Assembly (NCBI GenBank): GCA_951406725.2
Contig: OX597835.1
Location: 27,838,001-27,902,000 of the forward strand
Length of the DNA stretch: 64,000 nt
Reading direction: 5' to 3'
Origin: Octopus vulgaris
Lineage: Eukaryota
The translations under genes and the position numbers were made by a program. The notes beneath the pieces were generated by a model. It ran no database searches. It was given only the letters and a program-made list of their open reading frames with translations, and was not told the origin of the DNA. Below are positions 37,227-51,442 of the stretch, one piece after another (positions within the stretch are counted from its first letter, which is position 1; every line of letters begins with the position of its first letter).

Positions 37227-37790
37227 TGAGAGAGAGAGAGAGAGACAAAGATAGAGGAGAGAGAGAGAGAGAGACAAAGATAGAGGAGAGAGAGAGAGAG
37301 AGACAAAGATAGAGGAGAGAGAGCGGTAGAAGAGACAGAGAGAGAGAGAGAGAGACAAAGGTAAAGGAGAGAGAGAGAGAGACAAAGGTAGAGGAGAGAG
37401 AGAGAGAGAGTGGTAGTGGAGACCGAGAGAGAGAGAGACAAAGGTAAAGGAGAAAGTAGTGAAGGAGACAGAGAGAGAGAGACAAAGGTAGAGGAGAGAG
37501 TAGTGAAGGAGACACAGAGAGAGAGACAAAGAGTGAGAAAGGTGGAGGAGAGAAATTGAAGGAGAGAGAAAAGTGAAGAAGAGAGAAAGGTGGAGGAGAG
37601 GAAGAGAGAAAGGTGGAGGAGAGAAAGAGAAAGGTGGAGGAGAGAGAAAGGTGAAGGAGAAAGGTGGAGAGAGAGAAAGGTGAAGAAGAGAGATGAAGAG
37701 ATGGAAGGAAAGAGAGATGGAGGGGGAAATAGAGACATGGTGAGGAGAATACAGGGAGATTGGGAGAGAGAGAGAGAGAGAGAGAGAGCA
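37227..37790. repeat. GA-rich polypurine tract with GAGACAAAG(A/G)TAGAGG units
   Basis: Read directly; a similar tract at 49935-50190. Confidence 0.9.
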
Positions 37791-38951
37791 TGTGCATGTT
37801 TGAGTGTGTGTAACTGTGTCAGCAGATAAAATATTGTGATTTAAGTCTTACAGCTTAACGAATCAACAAAGCAAGTACTACAGAGTTATGTTCAACAAAG
37901 AAGGCTTCCAGCAGTCACATGATCTGCAAGAAATAGCAATCGAATCTCACTCAATTTAAGTCATTAAAAAATGAGAATGAGAGAGAACAGGGGGAAAAAA
38001 ACCCAGAATTTGTAGCAATCATAAATGCACTGAATCAGACTTGACCTGAAGCTCAACAGCTTGACCAGTGTTTCCATGATCTTGGAATAAGGTGCCGCTG
38101 TGTGGTAAGAAGCATGCTTCTCAACTACATGGTTTCAAGTTCAGTCCCACAGCATGGCACCTTGGTCAAGTGTCTTCTACTATAGCCTCAGGCTGACCAA
38201 AGCCTTGTGAGTGGATATGGCAGATGGAAACTGAATGAAACTGAATGAGCCATGCACCTAGAACTGACGCATCATGGAACCTGGGTAACTGGTTTTATGA
38301 GTCCTGAAGCTCAAAGAAAAAAAAAAAAGACACTGGAATAAGACTGTTGTTTAGCCCTAGGTCAGATCCTTAATGAGGCGACCTATGACGAAATACATTT
38401 CAGAACAGATCATGCCATCATTTTCTCATCTCAGGCATTCTGTAAATAGGACTACATCATCCAATATCCAATATATTCTTTTCTACATATTTCATTAAAA
38501 GCCGACGCCAGGGTGTGTGTTTAATTTACCATGGGGTTGGTGTCAACGGGGAAGGATCTGTTCTAGCAGGTTGATGCTCTATGTAGAGGCTCTGTGGTTA
38601 TGTTAGTTATGTTACTGAAAGGGTCAGAAGTTTTAACAGAAAGAAATAGAAGGAAATGGAAGGAAATCAGGCTAACAAAAGGTTTTGGCAGCTGCTAATG
38701 CTGATAGATTTTTATTAAGATTATGTTCTATAAAGCAGCCATGGAACAAAAGGATTTGATTCACAGACATTTCATTTCAGAAACATTTGGTCAGGAATAA
38801 AAATGCACAGTTGCTCTTTGCTTTTGCAGTTAGAAAAGAAGAAAAAAAAAACCCCACCAAACAAACACAACTGATGAGTTTATTTGTTTGGTATTCCTTA
38901 TAGGAATCATCATTTAAGAATATTGGTTGGTGTGTGTGTGTGTGTGTGTGG

Positions 38952-38999
<48 letters not shown>

Positions 39000-40449
39000 A
39001 TGTGTGTGTGTGTGTGTCAGAGAGAGAGAAAGAAAGGAAAGATTTTTTTTTCTTCGTAATAGTGCAGTAGGAAAGAGAAAAAAAAAAGCCAGAATTATGA
39101 ATCAATAAATATTGGTGGATTGTTACTTCCCAAACTATACAACAACAACAAAAAAAATAAATTATGATTCCTCTATTAATGTCTCTTACAGAAATGGCTT
39201 TGTGGTGAAAAAAAGTTTGCTTCATAATTATGTAGTTCCCAGTCTGATCCAACAGCACGGTGTTTCCCCACTTGGGCAAGTGTCTCTCCTAATATAGCCT
39301 TGGGTCAAAATTGAGTGGAATTTTGTCCGACGGAAAGTGTGTGGAAACCAATAACACACACACACACACACACGTTCATGCATATATGCCAGCATCATGT
39401 TATGCAGTCATCACCATCATCATCATCGTTTAACGTCTTCTTTCCATGCTAGCATGGGTTGGACGATTTTGACTGAGGGCTGGTGAACCAGAAGGCTGCA
39501 CCAGGCTCCAGTCTTGATCTGGCAGAGTTTCTACAGCTGGATGCTCTTCCTAACGCCAACCACTCCGAGAGTGTAGTGGGTGCTTTTTACGTGCCACCTG
39601 CACGGGGGCCAGCCAGGCGGTCCTGGCAATGACATCGCTCGAATCTTTTTACACATGTCACCGGCACAGTATATGTATGTTTATATGAATGCATTTAAGA
39701 ATAAATAAGGGAAGGCACCACATGGCTTTGTGGTCAAGAAATTCATTACACAATTGTTGAGGCAGGAGTTCAATTCCTGGTGACGTGATGTTTCCTAGAA
39801 CAAGACACTTTATCTGATATGGCTACAGTCCATTCAGCTGGCAAAAGTGAGTAGTACCTGTAATTACAAAGGGCCAACCTTGTCACATCCTATATGCTAC
39901 TTGCACATTAATTTCATGGGCAGGCTGTCCTACTGATCTGATTAATTGGAACCCTCATCATTCTAAGTGACAGAGAGCCATGTTTTTTTTTTTTTTTGGT
40001 GGGGGTTATGAATAAATATATGTCACAGAGCCTCCTCAAAACTAGACAGCGATATCTAAGCCATGTCCAAACCTAATTAGGCTACATCATCATCTAATAT
40101 CTGCCTTCTATATCAGCATGGGTGGGACTACTTGACAGGAGCCTGCCAGGCAGAGGCCTGCACCAGACTTCTGTGACTGTTTTGGCAGACTACCTTACCT
40201 ACAAAGAAGAACCAAATAATAACAATGTGAGCAATCTCCAAAGGTGGCGAGCTGGCAGAAACATTAGCACGCTAGACAAAATACTTAGGGTATTTCATCT
40301 GTCTTTACGTTCTGAGTTCAAATTCTGCCAAGGTCGGCTTTGCCTTTTCTCCTTTCGGGGGTCAATAAATTAAGTACCAGTTGCATGCTAGGGTTAGTTT
40401 GTTTGAATGAAAGGATATACATACACACATATATATATATATATATTTT

Positions 40450-40588
40450 TTTTTTCTGTGTATCTTTCTGTCGAAGAGCATAGGCTCGAAACGTAAAAGA
40501 CTTTTTCTATTCCTGAGCGCTATACTAATACATTTGTTTGTTTGTACACCACCTGCCTTTGTCTTTTGTTTATTTTCGTAAACTTTCC

Positions 40589-40590
<2 letters not shown>
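40450..40590 (+). mobile_element. Third copy of the CUGUNGA hammerhead-like repeat (motif 40463-40500)
   Basis: TCTTT-CTGTCGA-A-GAGC-ATAG-GCTC-GAAA-CGTA-AAAGA, with perfect helices I and II; flanked by (TA)n. Confidence 0.72.
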
Positions 40591-40624
<34 letters not shown>

Positions 40625-41266
40625 ACACACACACACACACATATATATATACAAATATATACAACACATATACGTGTGTGTGTGTGTGTGTGCATGCGTG
40701 CATGTTTCACCAGACACCTTCTAGTCACACTCATGGTCAGAAATTCAGTGAAGCAGTGATCGATCCTTGAAAGCTATAACCGAAACCATTATTGTGGTTA
40801 GCCTAATTCTTCCTTTCAAAAAAGTAAATTAAAATGAAATAAAATAGAGAGGAAATAAAAGCACCCCTGGAAAATGTTTTAGCATATAGATGTACATTCT
40901 AAACTCTTTTGAGTGGTTGGCATTAGGAATGGTATCAAGCTGTAGAAACCATGCCAACGGTAACAGTAGAGCTTGGCATATTTCCTGACTGGCCAACTCC
41001 TGCCAAACTGCTGCCCAACACATGCCAACATGGAAAATGAATGTATGATGGTGATGATGATAATTATTCGCTTTGAAGAATAATATTCATTATAACTGTA
41101 CTGGCACAGGTGTGGATGTGTGGTAAGAAGTTTGCTTCCCAACCACATGGTTCCGGGTTTCAGTCCCACTGCATGGCTCCTTGGGCAAGTGTCTTCTACT
41201 CTAGCCTCAGGCTGACCAAAGTCTTATAAGCATATTTGGTAGAAGGAAACTGAAAGAAGCCCATCG

Positions 41267-41299
<33 letters not shown>

Positions 41300-41331
41300 C
41301 ATATATATATATATATATGTGTGTGTGTGTC

Positions 41332-41363
<32 letters not shown>

Positions 41364-41396
41364 ATATATATATGTGTATATATATATATATATGTA

Positions 41397-41543
<147 letters not shown>

Positions 41544-41584
41544 AATGCACATAAACACATACAGATATATTTAATCTATCTACA

Positions 41585-41700
41585 TACCGTAAATCCTCGA
41601 GTATAATCTGCATTTTTTCCCAAAATTTAAAGGTCAAAATCCCTAGTACATACTATATACGAGGTTAAAAATGAAAAATATTTTCTAAGCAATGTCCGAG
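41585..41700 (+). mobile_element. Tc1/pogo-type MITE left end
   Basis: TACCGTAAATCCTCGAGTATA...TATACGAGG internal hairpin; a similar end at ~22875-23045. No partner TIR identified. Confidence 0.45.
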
Positions 41701-43176
41701 TCTCTATTTGCTGTCCGGCAATGTTTATTCAGATGCATTTTGTGATGTCGGGAGCGAAAATACCTTAAGCTAAGCCTGAAAGCAATGAAGTCATAAAAGA
41801 ATCATCCATAACTTGCAGTAAGCAACATTTATTAAAATAAAAGTATTCAGAACACAGAATAACATGTAACAAAAACAATTTGCAAACATGTTTACATTCC
41901 AATATAACAGTTAAGAACATCACCAGTATTTGAAACATAGAGTGTAATTTGAGGGAGACCAGGATGTTGGTTTCTAGCAAGAAGAGGAAATATGTAGAGG
42001 TGAATATTAAAGCAAAAAAATATATATATATATGTAGAATTCAGATGTAAGAAATTTTTAACAAATATATAATTTTCGTAATCCTTTCATATCAGAATTC
42101 TTACGAAATATATAATTTGGATTGTCGATTTAGAAATATTCTCTTTAAAAAAATCCGCTTGCTTAGTTTTTCTTATCCAGAAAAAAAGAAAAAAACGTTT
42201 ATTTTTATTTATTTATTTATTTATTTATTTTTTCAGATTTCTAAAGCAACTTGAGGGAATAAGATGCTGTTTTCTAGCAGGCTAAGAGACCATGTAGAGG
42301 AGGACTTGCAGATGATAAAGTTACATGGATAGGAGAGTTAGAGTGGAATACACAAGGAAATGTGGAAACCAATAAAAAGAAAAGAACAAAAAAGGAAAAA
42401 ATAAAGTAAAATTCATATATAAAAAATTTTTTAACAAATATATCATTTTTGTAAATCCTTTCATATCAAAATTCTTATAAAATGTAATTTTGATTGTCGA
42501 TTTTGAAATATTCTTTTTTTGCAAAAAAGAAAAAAAATTCTTTTACTTAGTTTTCTTAAACCAGGGAAACCTTTTTATTTACTTTTATTTATTTATTTAA
42601 TTTTTTTTTATTTTGCAGATTTCTAAAGCAACTTTCAGAATAGCTGTGGAACTAGGATCAAAAATAACAGATTTGCGAAGAAGCTTCTTCTTCAAACCGA
42701 CGCAAACGCAAAGAAGAAGCCTCAGAAATAACATTTCTGCTGCAAAACTTCATAATTTAAAACTATTCAAGTTTTAGATAGAGGTTGAACAAAAAAAAAA
42801 AAAAAAGAATCCTAAATAAAAAAATAAAAAATAAATAAAAATAATCCATGGCGAGAAGAAGACATGCAAATGTGGATTCTTTAGAAGAAAAGTACAGTTA
42901 TGTGTAAAAACATCGATAGAATTTAAGTGGGTAACACGCCACAAGAGGTAACATGTTGGACTAGTAAATATTTAATGAGTGTGATGTATTTAATGTGCCG
43001 GGCTTATAAAACTGAAACTTAACTTCATTGATTTATCTTCCCTTCAACGTAACATTTTAAGAGGCATAAAAATGACTTTTGAACGGCTGTTGTGAAAACG
43101 TTTTTCTGTTACGAACAGAAGAACGCATTAGCGAAAGCATACACATGCACTTCAGAAGGCAAGTGTAAACGAAGTA

Positions 43177-43397
43177 TGCATGTATGTATGTATGTATATA
43201 TGCATGCATGTATGTATGTATGTATGTATATATGCATGCATGTATGTATGTATGTATGTATATATGCATGCATGTATGTATGTATGTATGTATATATGCA
43301 TGCATGTATGTATGTATGTATGTGTATATGAATGTGTGTGTGTGTGTATACATATATATGTATCAGTATATATTTATGTATATATATATGTGTGTGC

Positions 43398-43437
<40 letters not shown>

Positions 43438-43636
43438 TAAGTATATACTTATACATATATATATATACATATTCATAAATATATACTTATGCATATAGTA
43501 AATGCATATATATATAAGTATACATTCACGAATATGTGTGTGTGTGTATATGCATATATATATATGATGATGATGATATATATATTCATAAGTGTATACT
43601 TATACATATATATACATATTCATAAATATATACTTA

Positions 43637-43672
<36 letters not shown>

Positions 43673-43720
43673 TATGCATTCATGAATATGTGTGTGTGTG
43701 TATGTGTGTATGCCCTCCAT
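43177..43720. repeat. TA/TATG microsatellite field including four 32-bp units containing TGCATGCATG
   Basis: TGCATGCATG starts at 43201, 43233, 43265 and 43297. Similar fields at 41268-41545 and 61700-62230. Confidence 0.88.
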
Positions 43721-43849
43721 ACACACACAAGCATGTATCTGACTCATACATTGTTCGCTTTCCAGACATTTGTACATTACTGCATATACTTTATATGCAC
43801 TTTCTGACAAGTTGTGGTGCACCTGAGCACTGTATACAATAATTTCATT

Positions 43850-43881
<32 letters not shown>

Positions 43882-44276
43882 TATATGCATGGGAACACAT
43901 ACACCAGCTGTTGATAAGTAATAAGTTATGTTGTAGAAATGATTCTCAATTAAGTAACTTGTTGGCTGTCATAAAACTTTTAACCTTGAGAATAAAATTG
44001 CAATAAAGTTGGACATTTTAATGATCCAGTCTGCAGTAAGGGTCACTGCCCTTAGACCGCACACTCCCTCAAAGTCAGATGAGATCAATGCAATTGCCAT
44101 TTAAGATTTAAACTGGCCATGCCCAGCTCAAAGGTTCTACATGTTCTAAGTCCTAACCATCCAGATCCAGTCTCTCATTCCTAACCTACAATGTCATTCT
44201 AAAAATAAACAGTCACATCATTGAAATCTCAAAGCTAAGATATAATGCATGATTAATTCAAAACAACAAAACCCTG

Positions 44277-44429
44277 AAGCATCGGGACCTGGCAGTGAAC
44301 TATCTCTATTTTGAGATATTTGAGGGGACTGGGCCACTAACGGTGAAGTTCTTGTCATCGTTGGCAGCTTGCTTTACTGAGGAGTTGGGTGATACCTGTG
44401 AGGGCGCTTGGCTGTTCCAACACCTTAGC
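44277..44429 (+). pseudogene. CRE-like non-LTR retrotransposon restriction-like endonuclease C-terminus relic
   Basis: KHRDLAVNYLYFEIFEGTGPLTVKFLSSLAACFTEELGDTCEGAWLFQHLS resembles the recalled pattern KY.DL..NY...ET.G..GP...FL..L......GD.REG.WL.QRLS. Confidence 0.6.
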
Positions 44430-45190
44430 CACCACCCCACGTATTGTCCATGTGGTTGGTAAGCAAGCTACTTACCACACAGCCACTCCTGCATCTATAC
44501 AAAGAGATATTAGATATTTTAAGCACCAGTTTTTGAGACAGAGAAGAGAAAGAAACCATTAAGGGAACTCTTAAAAAAGCAAGCACCTATATACTACCTG
44601 CTGAGCTATTCTGAAACTGGTTACACAATAGAACACCTGCTCCTCACTCTCTTTCATTCTGACTTTCAAATCAGATATTTGGATTTTTTCCTGTTTGGTT
44701 GCCACTTTTCAATTTCTTCAATTTTTGTTTCAATTGATTTCATATTTGGTGTATTGGTGTAGTTTTGTAAAGCAATAATTGACATGGAATCCGTCTTTGC
44801 CATAAATCAATAAATAAAGAGTTAATAGCTTTTAAAGTTTGCAAATTTGGAGTAATTTTAGCCAATCAAAAACCAGTCAAATAGGCACCTGTTTCCAAAT
44901 CCTGTTTTCTGACAAGGTAAAAATGATCAAACTTTAAACCTCTGTAAATTTTTTTTTTTTTAGATTTTTCAGGAAAACGTCATTTATCTCCTGAGATTCA
45001 ACGTGGAAAATTACATCAATACACCAAATTTAAAAATTTTCTCAGGTGCAGCCAAACACATATTTTAACCCTTCTGATACAAACTTGCCTGAGACTGCCC
45101 TTTGGTCCTATGATACAACTATCCACCCATACTTTAAAGAGTTGGTATTTAAATTGAAACTTTCCAATATAATATTATGTATGACTGTTT

Positions 45191-45556
45191 TTATGACCTC
45201 CACCTTAGTGAAGGAAGAGGTATTGTTTTCAAACGCATTTCTTTATCCGTGGACAAGATATCTCAAGAACCACTGGATGGATTCGGATGAAACTTTCAGG
45301 GATGTTTGGCCTCATGACAGGCACGAACTGATTAGATTTTGGGATCGATCTGATACTGGACAAGGATTCTGGATTATTTTCTCTGCTTTTTTACTTAATA
45401 TTTTGGAGCAGTCAGGTTAATTTTTAGTATTCTCGTTTGTGAGAGCATTCGAGTTTATTTCAGATATTCACATTTTAAAAATCACCTTTGGCTAATCGTT
45501 GAGAGGACGTTGGTGTTGCTTTGGTGGAGGTTTGCACTCTCTGAGTCCACTTGAGT
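45191..45556 (+). mobile_element. Helentron/HINE-type non-autonomous element nested in a TTAA-type MITE
   Basis: Subterminal inverted repeat ACCTCCACC / GGTGGAGGT plus a 3' stem-loop (CACTCTCTGAGT); T-rich insertion site. Confidence 0.6.
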
Positions 45557-46419
45557 TTATATTCTAAACGTCAGCTTAATAAGGACAAAGTTAAATTTTG
45601 TCAAATTCCTGAGTATTTTCATAATTAATTGAAATGCACAGGTCCATCATTTCAGAACAAGTTTCAGGCCTCAGTACATAAATAATCAGCATTATCATTA
45701 TTATCACCATCATATGCAACTGCCAAATCTTCAATTTCACAGAAGCCATTTACATGACACTGGCAACAGCCATGACTACAGTTTCGCTTGGTGACAAGTT
45801 TTCTCAAGCATGCATGCAGTGGGACTGAACCCGGAACCATATGGTAAGTAAGCAAGCTACTTACCATACAAACGGTTATAAAAACATATAACGGTTTCTT
45901 AATTACATCACACACACCCCACACTTCCCGCCACTGCTTGATTAACATCTTATTTCACTGACCCCAGAAGGGATGAAAGACAAAGTTGATTTCGAACTCA
46001 AAATGCAAAGAGCTAGAACAAAAAAAACTCAAACATTTTGCCTGATATTCTAATGGCTCCACCATTGCAGATGTAGGCACGTAACAGAAATTAGTCCTCA
46101 ATTAAACTATAAAACTTTCTTAATGTCCAGTGGCTATAAGCAACCAGACATTAATCACACAAACAATAGCAGTGTAACATTGTCACTTCATAGTTTGTTT
46201 TTTATGTTATTCCAAGAAGAAAATAACATTGAAGCATATCTCAATAGTCACAATAGCGTCGACATATTTAAGATATTATCCTAATAAATTAATGAATAAA
46301 TGAATGATTAACTGAATGAATGGAAATGGCTGGATAGAAAGAAGTTGGTAGTTAAATGCAAATACAGCTATATAGATATGCATGCTTGTATGAATATATA
46401 AATTTATATATATAATTAT

Positions 46420-46825
46420 AGGCGCAGGAGTGGCTGTGTGGTAAGTAGCTTGCTAACCAACCACATGCTTCCGGGTTCAGTCCCACTGCATGGCATCTTG
46501 GGCAAGTGTCTTCGGCTATGGCCCCAGGCCGACCAATGCCTTGTGAGTGGATTTGGTAGACGGAAACTGAAAGAAGCCCGTCGTATATATGTATATATAT
46601 ATATATATATAAGTGTGTGTGTATATGCTTGTGTGTCTGTGTTTGTCCCCCTAGCATTGCTTGACAACCGATGCTGGTGTGTTTATGTCTCCGTTACTTA
46701 GCGGTTCGGCAAAAGAGACCGATAGAATAAGTACTGGGCTTACAAAAGAATAAGTCCCGGGGTCAATTTTCTCTACTAAAGGTGGTGCTCCAGCATGGCC
46801 GCAGTCAAATGAATGAAACAAGTAA
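46420..46825 (+). mobile_element. SINE family A
   Basis: Full-length, little-diverged copy. Confidence 0.87.
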
Positions 46826-46848
46826 AAAAAAAAGAGAGAAAAAGAGAG

Positions 46849-46884
<36 letters not shown>

Positions 46885-46893
46885 AACATATAT

Positions 46894-47143
46894 ATTTTGT
46901 TTTGGGATTTGGTTTGCAAGATTCCTTATGTGAGTTCGTGTGTTGAAGCATATTCTGTTGTGTCTGGGGAGGGTCATTCTCTTTTAGTGCCTTATAATTT
47001 AACACACTCACCGGTAAAATTTCCACTTATTTCTTTTTTTATTTTTCAAAAACTTCCGTTGCATCTTGCAACCTTTTCAATAGTTTTAGAGTCAAAACAA
47101 TTGAAAAGGTTGCAATACGCAATGAAAATTCTACAAAAATAAG
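46894..47143. mobile_element. Same family, head-to-head inverted pair with two degenerate hammerhead-like motifs
   Basis: ~47046-47087 (-) is mirrored by ~47089-47143 (+), which reads CAA-TTGAAAA-G-GTTGC-AATAC-GCAAT-GAAA-ATTC-TAC. Confidence 0.65.
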
Positions 47144-48134
47144 TCAGTCCTGAGCTATAGTAAAATACACTTGACCAAGGTGCCATGCACTAAGACTGAA
47201 CCCCAAACTATGTGGTTTGAAGGCAAACTTCCTGACCATACAGCCATGCCTATACCTATGACTTCACCAGAGATTCTGTGAGAAAATTCAAAGAATGACA
47301 TAGTAGGGTGCCAAGAACACCATCCGAGCGTGATCGTTGCCAGAGCAGCCAACTGGCTTCCATACCCATGGCACGTCGCTTAACTGGCACCTGTGTCGGT
47401 GGCATGTGTAAAAAGATTCAAGCGAGGTCATTGTCAGTACCGTCTGACTGGCCCCCGTGCAGGCGGCTCGTAAAAAGTACTCACTAAACTCTCGGAGTGG
47501 TTGGCGTTAGGAAGGGCATCCAGCTGTAGAAACTCTGCCAGATCAAGACTGGAGCCTGGTGCAGCCATCTGGTTCGCCAGCCCTCAGTCAAAACCGTCCA
47601 ACCCATGCTAGCATGGAAAACGGATGTTAAATGATGATGATGATGATGATGAATGACATTGTGGAAGAATCATGGTTGCTATTTAACCCTTTTGGTCCGG
47701 CTGGTACTTATTTGTACCAGTCAAATAGTTCACAACCCAAATCTTTAAAATTCCTATTCTATGTAATGCTATATAGTACTGCTCTGGTTTTCCTGGTAAG
47801 TATGTAGCACCAGACATATTATTAGAGTGTATAACACTATAATCCTTTCTACTATAGGCATGAAACCTGAAATTTTGGGGGAGGGGGGACTAGTCGACAA
47901 TATCAACCCCAGTGTGTAACTGATACTTAATTTATGGATGAAAGGCAAAGTCAACCCTGATGGCATTTGAACTGAGAACACGAAGACAGATGAAATACCA
48001 CTAAGCATTTCACCCAGCATGCTAACGACTTTGCCAGCTGGTTACCTTAATATAGTGTGTAACATTATGATGACAGATCAAAAGGCTCACATGTGTACAA
48101 ACACCCTACCAATACCGACTTGAGAAGAAATTCA

Positions 48135-48322
48135 GTTCTATATTTAAGAGATGAGGAATTATATACATTATTTACATTATTTACATTTGACGGATATTTG
48201 TTCCTCATCTTGTTTGTTGTTAACACAACATTTCAGCTGATGTACCCTCCAGCCTTCATCAGGTGTCTTGGGGAAATTTTGAACCTGGATTCTCATTCCT
48301 AAGGTATTTTTCAATGTTGTTA

Positions 48323-48365
<43 letters not shown>

Positions 48366-48435
48366 CCTTATTATTCAGGTCATTGCCTGGAATCGAACTC
48401 AGAGTCTTGGGCTTAGTAGCCCGTGCTCTTAACCA
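48135..48435 (-). mobile_element. Second copy of the tRNA-headed hammerhead SINE (motif 48222-48267)
   Basis: B-box GTTCGATTCC, (AAT)n, then GACAC-CTGATGA-A-GGCTG-GAGGGTACAT-CAGCT-GAAA-TGTT-GTGTT. Confidence 0.75.
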
Positions 48436-48769
48436 AAAAATTCCGGGTTGAAAGGGTTAAACAACATTTACAGAGTTTCTATATATTTTTTTTCTTTTAG
48501 TATACATATATAAGTTAATTTTTGCTGCAGGAAGACTCAGAAAAAGCATTTGAACAAACCTAGTAAAATCTATAAACTGTTTTTTATCTTTTACTTGTTT
48601 CGGTCATTAGATTGCGTCCATGCTGGGTCACCACCTTGAAGAATTTTAGTTCAAGAAATCGACCCCAGTACTAAGTTTCTTTTAAAGCAAGGTGCCAAGC
48701 AGTGGGACTGAACCCTGAATCATGTAGTTGGGAAGCAAGCTTCTTATCACACAGACACACCTATATATC

Positions 48770-48820
<51 letters not shown>

Positions 48821-49209
48821 GAAGGAAGAGACAGACAGACAGACAAACAGACTGGGAAAGTAAAAATCAATGGCTTTTTCACATATTGAAAGTTTTCCCA
48901 GAATTAAACCCAATTTCAGGGGGAATATTTCCTAAAAACCTATTGTGTAAAAGGCAGGTCCTTCTATAAAATAGCATATTATTACACACACACACACACA
49001 GAAACGTTAGCATGCTGGGTGAAATGCTTAGCAGTATTTGTCTGTCTTTAAGTCCTGAGTTCAAATTCCGCCAAGGTTAACTTTGCCTTTCATCTTTCGG
49101 GGTCGATTAGATAAGTACCAGTTACGCACTGGAGTTGGTGTAATAGATTTAATCCCTGTCTGTCCTTGTTTGTACCCTCTATGTTTAGCCCTTTGTGGGC
49201 AAGAAGGAA

Positions 49210-49248
<39 letters not shown>

Positions 49249-51209
49249 GCTTCTTTCAGCTTCCATCTATTAAATTCATTCACAAGGTTTTGGCTGGCCT
49301 GAGGCTATAGGAGACACTTGCCCAAGATGCCACACAATGATATTGAACCCATAACCTTGTGGTTGGGAAGCAAACATCTTACCAGTAAGAAGTAACAGTG
49401 CACAGAAAAGAATGTGAAAATTTGTCTCATAGAAAACATGGGCTGCTCTTGGAGTCTGATGATCTGAAGGCAAGCTTTTCTAAAGCTGATACAGACTATA
49501 TTGAACAAGTCCACTGCTTGGACACTGGTGGCAACAGTCAATGGCACTTAGACCCACATGCTATGCAGAGCTGTCTTAGCAGCATTATAGGCCCCAGGGT
49601 AAATCATTGCACTGTGCTTTATAGTTCTGTTTATTGACAACAAGCTACCTCATACATAGATCAGCACTGGGGCCCAAGACACATGAGGGCACTGGGCAGA
49701 TCAGTATTTATTGGGATCTGTAGTATTTATTTACTGACTGCAAGCAACTGAATACATAGGTAAGAAATGGGCTCTTAGACCTGTGAGGACCCTGGGCTAA
49801 TCAATGCACCAGGCCCTGTAGTATTTATTCCATGAGGCCCCCAGGGAACTGCCCAGATAGCACTGATGTGTATGAGTAGTTCTGAGGGTCTTGCTGTAAA
49901 GAGCAGCTGATCAAAAGGAAAAGTTGAATGGCATGAGAGAGAGAAAGAAAAAACGGGGCAGAATGAGAGAGAAGGAGAATGACAGAAAGAAAGAGAAAAG
50001 AGAAAAAGAGTGAAAGAAAGAGAGAAAGAAAGCGAAAGAGCAAGAGAAAGAGAGAAGAGAGAAGAAAAAGAATTAAAGAGAGAGAGAGAGCAAGAATGCA
50101 AGAAAGAAAGAGAAAAGAGAGAGTTAAAGAGATACAGAAAGAGAAAGTGAAGGAGAGGAAGAGAGAGTTACAGAGAGAAAGGGAGATAATACATTTTGCA
50201 GGACAGAGCTGAAGAGTTAAGCAAGTCCTCATCAGTGATACTCTCCCAAGGGCATCCTGACAAAGATAACACAAGTGCCAGTGATCCGGCCAAAGTCTTC
50301 AGTGACCAGCTCTTTGGTGACCTCCTCAATGCAGCAAGAGAGACAGGGATGGCTGTGGTGTGAGACCACGTCAAACAAACTCAAACAAGCTCGATGAGTT
50401 GCTGCTGCTGTTGACTGTAATTTTATACTAACATTTCTGAGTATTTACAGACATTTTTATAGGAGTATAGGTTAATATTGCAATATGTAAAATAATAAAT
50501 CTATGGGGAATATGAAATTGTATAAATGTTCAATGACTATTCATTGGTGTAACGACAGCATGTTTACTAGATACACCAAAAAAAAACAAAAAAACAAAAA
50601 AAAAACAAACGGTTCTTTCTCATCAATTATTCTCGGTAATATAAATACTACAAAGAGAAGAGAAAATGTTATTAATATATTCTACATTATTTTGTGCTTT
50701 ATATGAATTCAATTATTAAACTGATTAGTAATGCAATTATTTAGCTGCTGTGAAGGCACGTGGCTTAGTGGTCAGGGTTTCCAGCTCACAACTGTAAGAC
50801 CATGAGTTCAGTTCCTGGTGGCACATTGTGTACTTGAGCAAGACACTTAATTTCATGTCGCCCCAGTCCACTCAGCAGGCAAAAATGAGTTGTACCTATA
50901 TTTCAAAAAGGGGCCAGCCTTGTCACACCCCGTGTCACGTTGAATTTCTCTGTGATATATATTAAGGATACATTTGTCTGTGAAGTGTTCACCCACTTCC
51001 ATGTTTATTTCAGAAGCAGGCTGTTCCGTTGATTGGATCAACTGGAACCCTCGTCGTCGTAACCAATGGAGTGCCAGTGTGTAGCTGCTGGACTTTCAGA
51101 ATCATTAGACTATCAAACAAACCATCTTGTAGTGTATAGTTGCCACTCTTTACATTCTGAGTTCAAATCCCACCAGGGTCAAGTGCATCTTTCATTCCTA
51201 ATAAATACC

Positions 51210-51442
51210 TATTTCTTTACTACCCACAAGGGGATAAACACAGAGAGGACAAACAAGGACAGACAAACGGATTAAGTCGATTATATCGACCCCCAGTGCG
51301 TAACTGGTACTTATTTAATTGACCCCGAAAGGGTGAAAGGCAAAGTCGACCTCGGCGGAATTTGAACTCAGAATGTAATGGCAGACGAAATACCGCTAAG
51401 CATTTCGCCCGGAATGCAAATGTTTCTGCCAGTTCGCTGCCT
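51210..51442 (-). mobile_element. SINE family C nested in an older family C relic
   Basis: Flanked by TAATAAATACC (51199-51209) and TAATAAGTACC (51448-51458). Confidence 0.82.

Noticed and set aside
43201-43306. Rbfox UGCAUG cluster
   Set aside because: The motifs arise within a TATG microsatellite expansion about 9 kb from the nearest identified exon; nothing suggests selection.
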